This document shows positions 61,733 to 64,000 of a DNA stretch of 64,000 nt, piece after piece. A program made the position numbers and the translations under genes. The notes beneath the pieces are model-generated. The model saw nothing but the letters and a program-made list of their open reading frames with translations. It was not told the DNA's origin and did no database searches. This DNA comes from an uncultured Curtobacterium sp. (GTDB lineage: Bacteria; Actinomycetota; Actinomycetes; Actinomycetales; Microbacteriaceae), in assembly GCA_913778205.1 (NCBI GenBank), contig CAJYUW010000046.1:51830-115829 (forward strand), written 5' to 3'. Position 1 is the first letter of the stretch, and every line of letters starts with the position of its first letter.

Positions 61733-62845
61733 CTAGGCCTCCTGGTGTCCGGCGGTGATGGTGGCGATGATCTCCTCGCGGTCCTCGAGCGGGAGGAACG
61801 ACCCCAGGGCGGCGTTGATCTGGAACGCCGCGAGGTCGTCGAGGTCGTAGCCGAACGTGCCCGCCAGCAGCGCGAGCTCCTTCGACAGCGACGTGTTGCT
61901 CATGAGCCGGTTGTCGGTGTTCACCGTGACGCGGAACCCGAGCTGGTACAGCACGTCGAACGGGTGGTCCGCGAGGTCGTCGCCCCAGGCCGCGACCGCG
62001 CCGGTCTGCAGGTTCGACGACGGCGAGACCTCGAGCGGGACCTCTCGGTCGCGGACCCACGAGGCCACCTCGCCGAGGGTGGCCAGGGTCGACCCGTCCC
62101 CGGCGTCGGACAGCGTGACGTCCTCGAAGATCCGGACGCCGTGTCCGAGTCGGAGCGCCCGACCGTCGACGAGCGCCGACCGGATCGAGGCGAGCCCGTC
62201 GGCCTCGCCCGCGTGGACGGTCACCGGGAACAGCTGCGCGGCGAGGTAGTCGAACGCAGCGCGGTGGTTCGAGGGCGGGAACCCGGCTTCGGCACCGGCG
62301 ATGTCGAAGCCGACGACGCCGCGGTCGCGGTGCCGCACGGCGAGTTCGGCGATCTCCTGCGCCCGGTCGGCGTGGCGCATCGCGGTCACGAGCTGCCCGA
62401 CGCGGATCGTGCCGCCGGCGGCGTCGACGGCCTCCTCGATGCCCGTCTGGACGGCCTCCACCGTCTCGTCGAGCGTCAGCCCACCGCGCAGGTGCTGCTC
62501 GGGTGCCCAGCGGACCTCGCCGTAGACGACGCCGTCGGCGACGAGGTCCTCCACGAACTCCTTCGCGACCCGGTGCAGCTGCGGGGCGGTCTGCATCACC
62601 GACGTCGTGACGTCGAAGGTCTTGAGGTACTCCACGAGCGAGCCCGAGTCGGACTGGTCGGCGAACCACTGCCCGAGCGCCTCCGGCTCGTCGACCGGCA
62701 GCGGGACGCCGGCGTCCGCGGCCAGCTCGATGATCGTCGCCGGGCGGAGGCCGCCGTCGAGGTGGTCGTGCAACGACACCTTCGGCAGGTCGTTGATCAC
62801 CGCTCCGGCGTCGGGCAGGCGGTAGGTCGTGGCGTCGGCGCTCAT
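61733..62845 (-). CDS. add: adenosine deaminase
   Basis: ATG 62845. LPKVSLHDHLDGGLRP...VGFDIAGAE...TVHAGE...VNTDNRLMS is the Add metal-binding signature. Confidence 0.9.
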   Translation of the reverse strand: MSADATTYRLPDAGAVINDLPKVSLHDHLDGGLRPATIIELAADAGVPLPVDEPEALGQWFADQSDSGSLVEYLKTFDVTTSVMQTAPQLHRVAKEFVEDLVADGVVYGEVRWAPEQHLRGGLTLDETVEAVQTGIEEAVDAAGGTIRVGQLVTAMRHADRAQEIAELAVRHRDRGVVGFDIAGAEAGFPPSNHRAAFDYLAAQLFPVTVHAGEADGLASIRSALVDGRALRLGHGVRIFEDVTLSDAGDGSTLATLGEVASWVRDREVPLEVSPSSNLQTGAVAAWGDDLADHPFDVLYQLGFRVTVNTDNRLMSNTSLSKELALLAGTFGYDLDDLAAFQINAALGSFLPLEDREEIIATITAGHQEA

Positions 62846-63010
62846 GCCCACCAGGCTATCGGTGCGCACCGGCACGCGGCCGTCGCCCGGCGCACAACGC
62901 GCGGGGCGACGGACTGGAGGCTCCCCACAGGCAGGCGGGCAGCCTCCGGTGTCGAGACGGCCGGCCCCGGCAACCCGACCGGCCCGGCCGGACCGGCCGC
63001 GCCGGCTGGC

Positions 63011-64000
63011 TCAGCCCGCGATGCCCGCGATGCGCTCGCGCACGATCGGGCCGCGCTCCGGCGCGGACGGACCGATCGACCACGCACCCTCGAGCGACTC
63101 AAGCGCCCGCGGGATCCGTGACGCGTCGTCGGTGTGCAGCGTCCAGAGCGGCTGCCCCTCGGTGACGGCGTCGCCCGGCTTGACGTGCAGCTCGATGCCC
63201 GCCCCGGCCTGCACCGGGTCCTGCGCGCGGGCACGGCCGGCGCCCAGGCGCCACGCCGCGACGCCGAACGGCAGGGCGTCCTGCTGCGCCAGCACCCCGG
63301 ACGACGGTGCCGTGACGACGTGCTGCTCGCCGGCGACCGGCAGCGCGGCAGCGGGGTCGCCGCCCTGCGCCGCGATCATCCGGCGCCAGGTGTCCATCGC
63401 CCGCCCGTCCGCGAGCGCGGCGGCCGGGTCCGCATCCGGCAGCCCGGCGAGCGTGAGCATCTCGGTCGCCAGCGCCACGGTCAGCGCGACGACGTCGGCC
63501 GGGCCCCCGCCCTCCAGCACCTCGACGGACTCGCGGACCTCGAGCGCGTTGCCGATCGTGAGCCCGAGCGGGACCTCCATGTCGGTCAGGAGCGCCGAGG
63601 TCGCGACCCCGGCGTCGTTCCCGAGGTCGACCATCGTCTGCGCGAGCTCCTTCGACGCCTCGTACGTCGGCATGAACGCGCCGGAGCCGAACTTGACGTC
63701 GAGCACGAGCGCGCCGGTGCCCTCGGCGATCTTCTTCGACATGATGCTCGACGCGATGAGCGGGATGCACTCGACCGTGCCGGTGATGTCCCGGAGGGCG
63801 TAGAGCTTCTTGTCGGCCGGAGCCAGCCCGGACCCGGCCGCGCAGATCACCGCCCCGACGTCGGACAGGATCGAGAGCATGCGGTCGTTCGACAGCGCCG
63901 CCTGCCACCCCGGGATCGACTCGAGCTTGTCGAGCGTCCCACCGGTGTGCCCGAGGCCGCGGCCGGACAGCTGCGGCACCGCGACGCCGAACGACGCGAC
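63011..64000 (-). CDS. deoA: thymidine/pyrimidine-nucleoside phosphorylase, C-terminal ~330 aa (N-terminus beyond the right window edge)
   Basis: The frame stays open to the window end: VASFGVAVPQLSGRGLGHTGGTLDKLESIPGW...SSIMSKKIAEG...VKFGSGAFM. Confidence 0.9.
   Translation of the reverse strand, partial: VASFGVAVPQLSGRGLGHTGGTLDKLESIPGWQAALSNDRMLSILSDVGAVICAAGSGLAPADKKLYALRDITGTVECIPLIASSIMSKKIAEGTGALVLDVKFGSGAFMPTYEASKELAQTMVDLGNDAGVATSALLTDMEVPLGLTIGNALEVRESVEVLEGGGPADVVALTVALATEMLTLAGLPDADPAAALADGRAMDTWRRMIAAQGGDPAAALPVAGEQHVVTAPSSGVLAQQDALPFGVAAWRLGAGRARAQDPVQAGAGIELHVKPGDAVTEGQPLWTLHTDDASRIPRALESLEGAWSIGPSAPERGPIVRERIAGIAG

Noticed and set aside
1-64000. Search for prophage, IS elements, integrases, toxin-antitoxin pairs, restriction-modification or other known defence systems
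   Set aside because: No translated frame showed recombinase, transposase, capsid/terminase, methyltransferase-endonuclease pair or typical defence-gene motifs. The only nuclease-fold candidate is the DUF559 gene, reported above.

Overview
Very GC-rich chromosomal segment (about 70% or more by eye, not computed) from a high-GC actinobacterium. Gene content looks Micrococcales/Microbacteriaceae-like, but the taxon cannot be confirmed without a database search. I support about 52 protein genes. I found no rRNA, tRNA, CRISPR array, transposase, integrase or phage genes. Most long ORFs in the six-frame track are Arg/Pro/Gly-rich shadow frames of the real genes. LEFT PART (about 0.3-35.7 kb): a large cell-envelope glycopolymer locus. 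It holds galE (partial), manA, two Wzy/WaaL-like membrane proteins, a DPM1/Ppm1-like GT2, a GT2+GT4 fusion enzyme and a Wzm/Wzt-type ABC exporter. It also holds several GT2/GT4 enzymes, two CgeB-like GTs, rmlA-rmlC and rmlB-rmlD split around an overlapping GtrB-like GT2 + YfhO-like GT-C pair, a UPF0104 flippase-like protein and two large secreted tandem-repeat proteins. RIGHT PART: a backbone whose order I recognise from Mycobacterium tuberculosis (Rv3275c-Rv3285: purE, purK, GtrA-like, PH-domain protein, birA, accD5, accE5, maf, accA3; and Rv3307-Rv3314c: punA, pmmB, add, deoA). Here that backbone is interrupted by several small islands. (1) A GH6 hydrolase plus a GT1-like gene sit between purK and purE. 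(2) DUF2142, an ArnT/PMT-like GT-C and ugd sit after the gtrA-like gene. (3) A 690-bp ORF-poor structured gap, a response regulator, a histidine kinase, a His-less kinase-like membrane paralog and an RNA methyltransferase sit between accE and maf. (4) A DUF559/AbiEi-like nuclease-fold gene after accA3 is bracketed by two copies of a 62-bp palindromic element that has a third copy 35 kb away. (5) An orphan UlaC/UlaB-like PTS EIIA-EIIB pair with no EIIC lies inside the nucleoside-salvage operon. Non-coding structure includes two distinct families of long perfect palindromes at gene 3' ends, several GC-rich tandem-repeat arrays in convergent intergenic regions, in-frame VNTR-like repeats in two membrane proteins, and a recurrent TANNNT-N6-start-codon geometry that suggests leaderless mRNAs. 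I see no system I can assert as new. The most system-like candidates are the palindrome-bracketed DUF559 cassette, the EIIA/EIIB pair in the deo-type operon and the kinase/pseudokinase trio. All functional calls rest on by-eye motif recognition, with no searches run.
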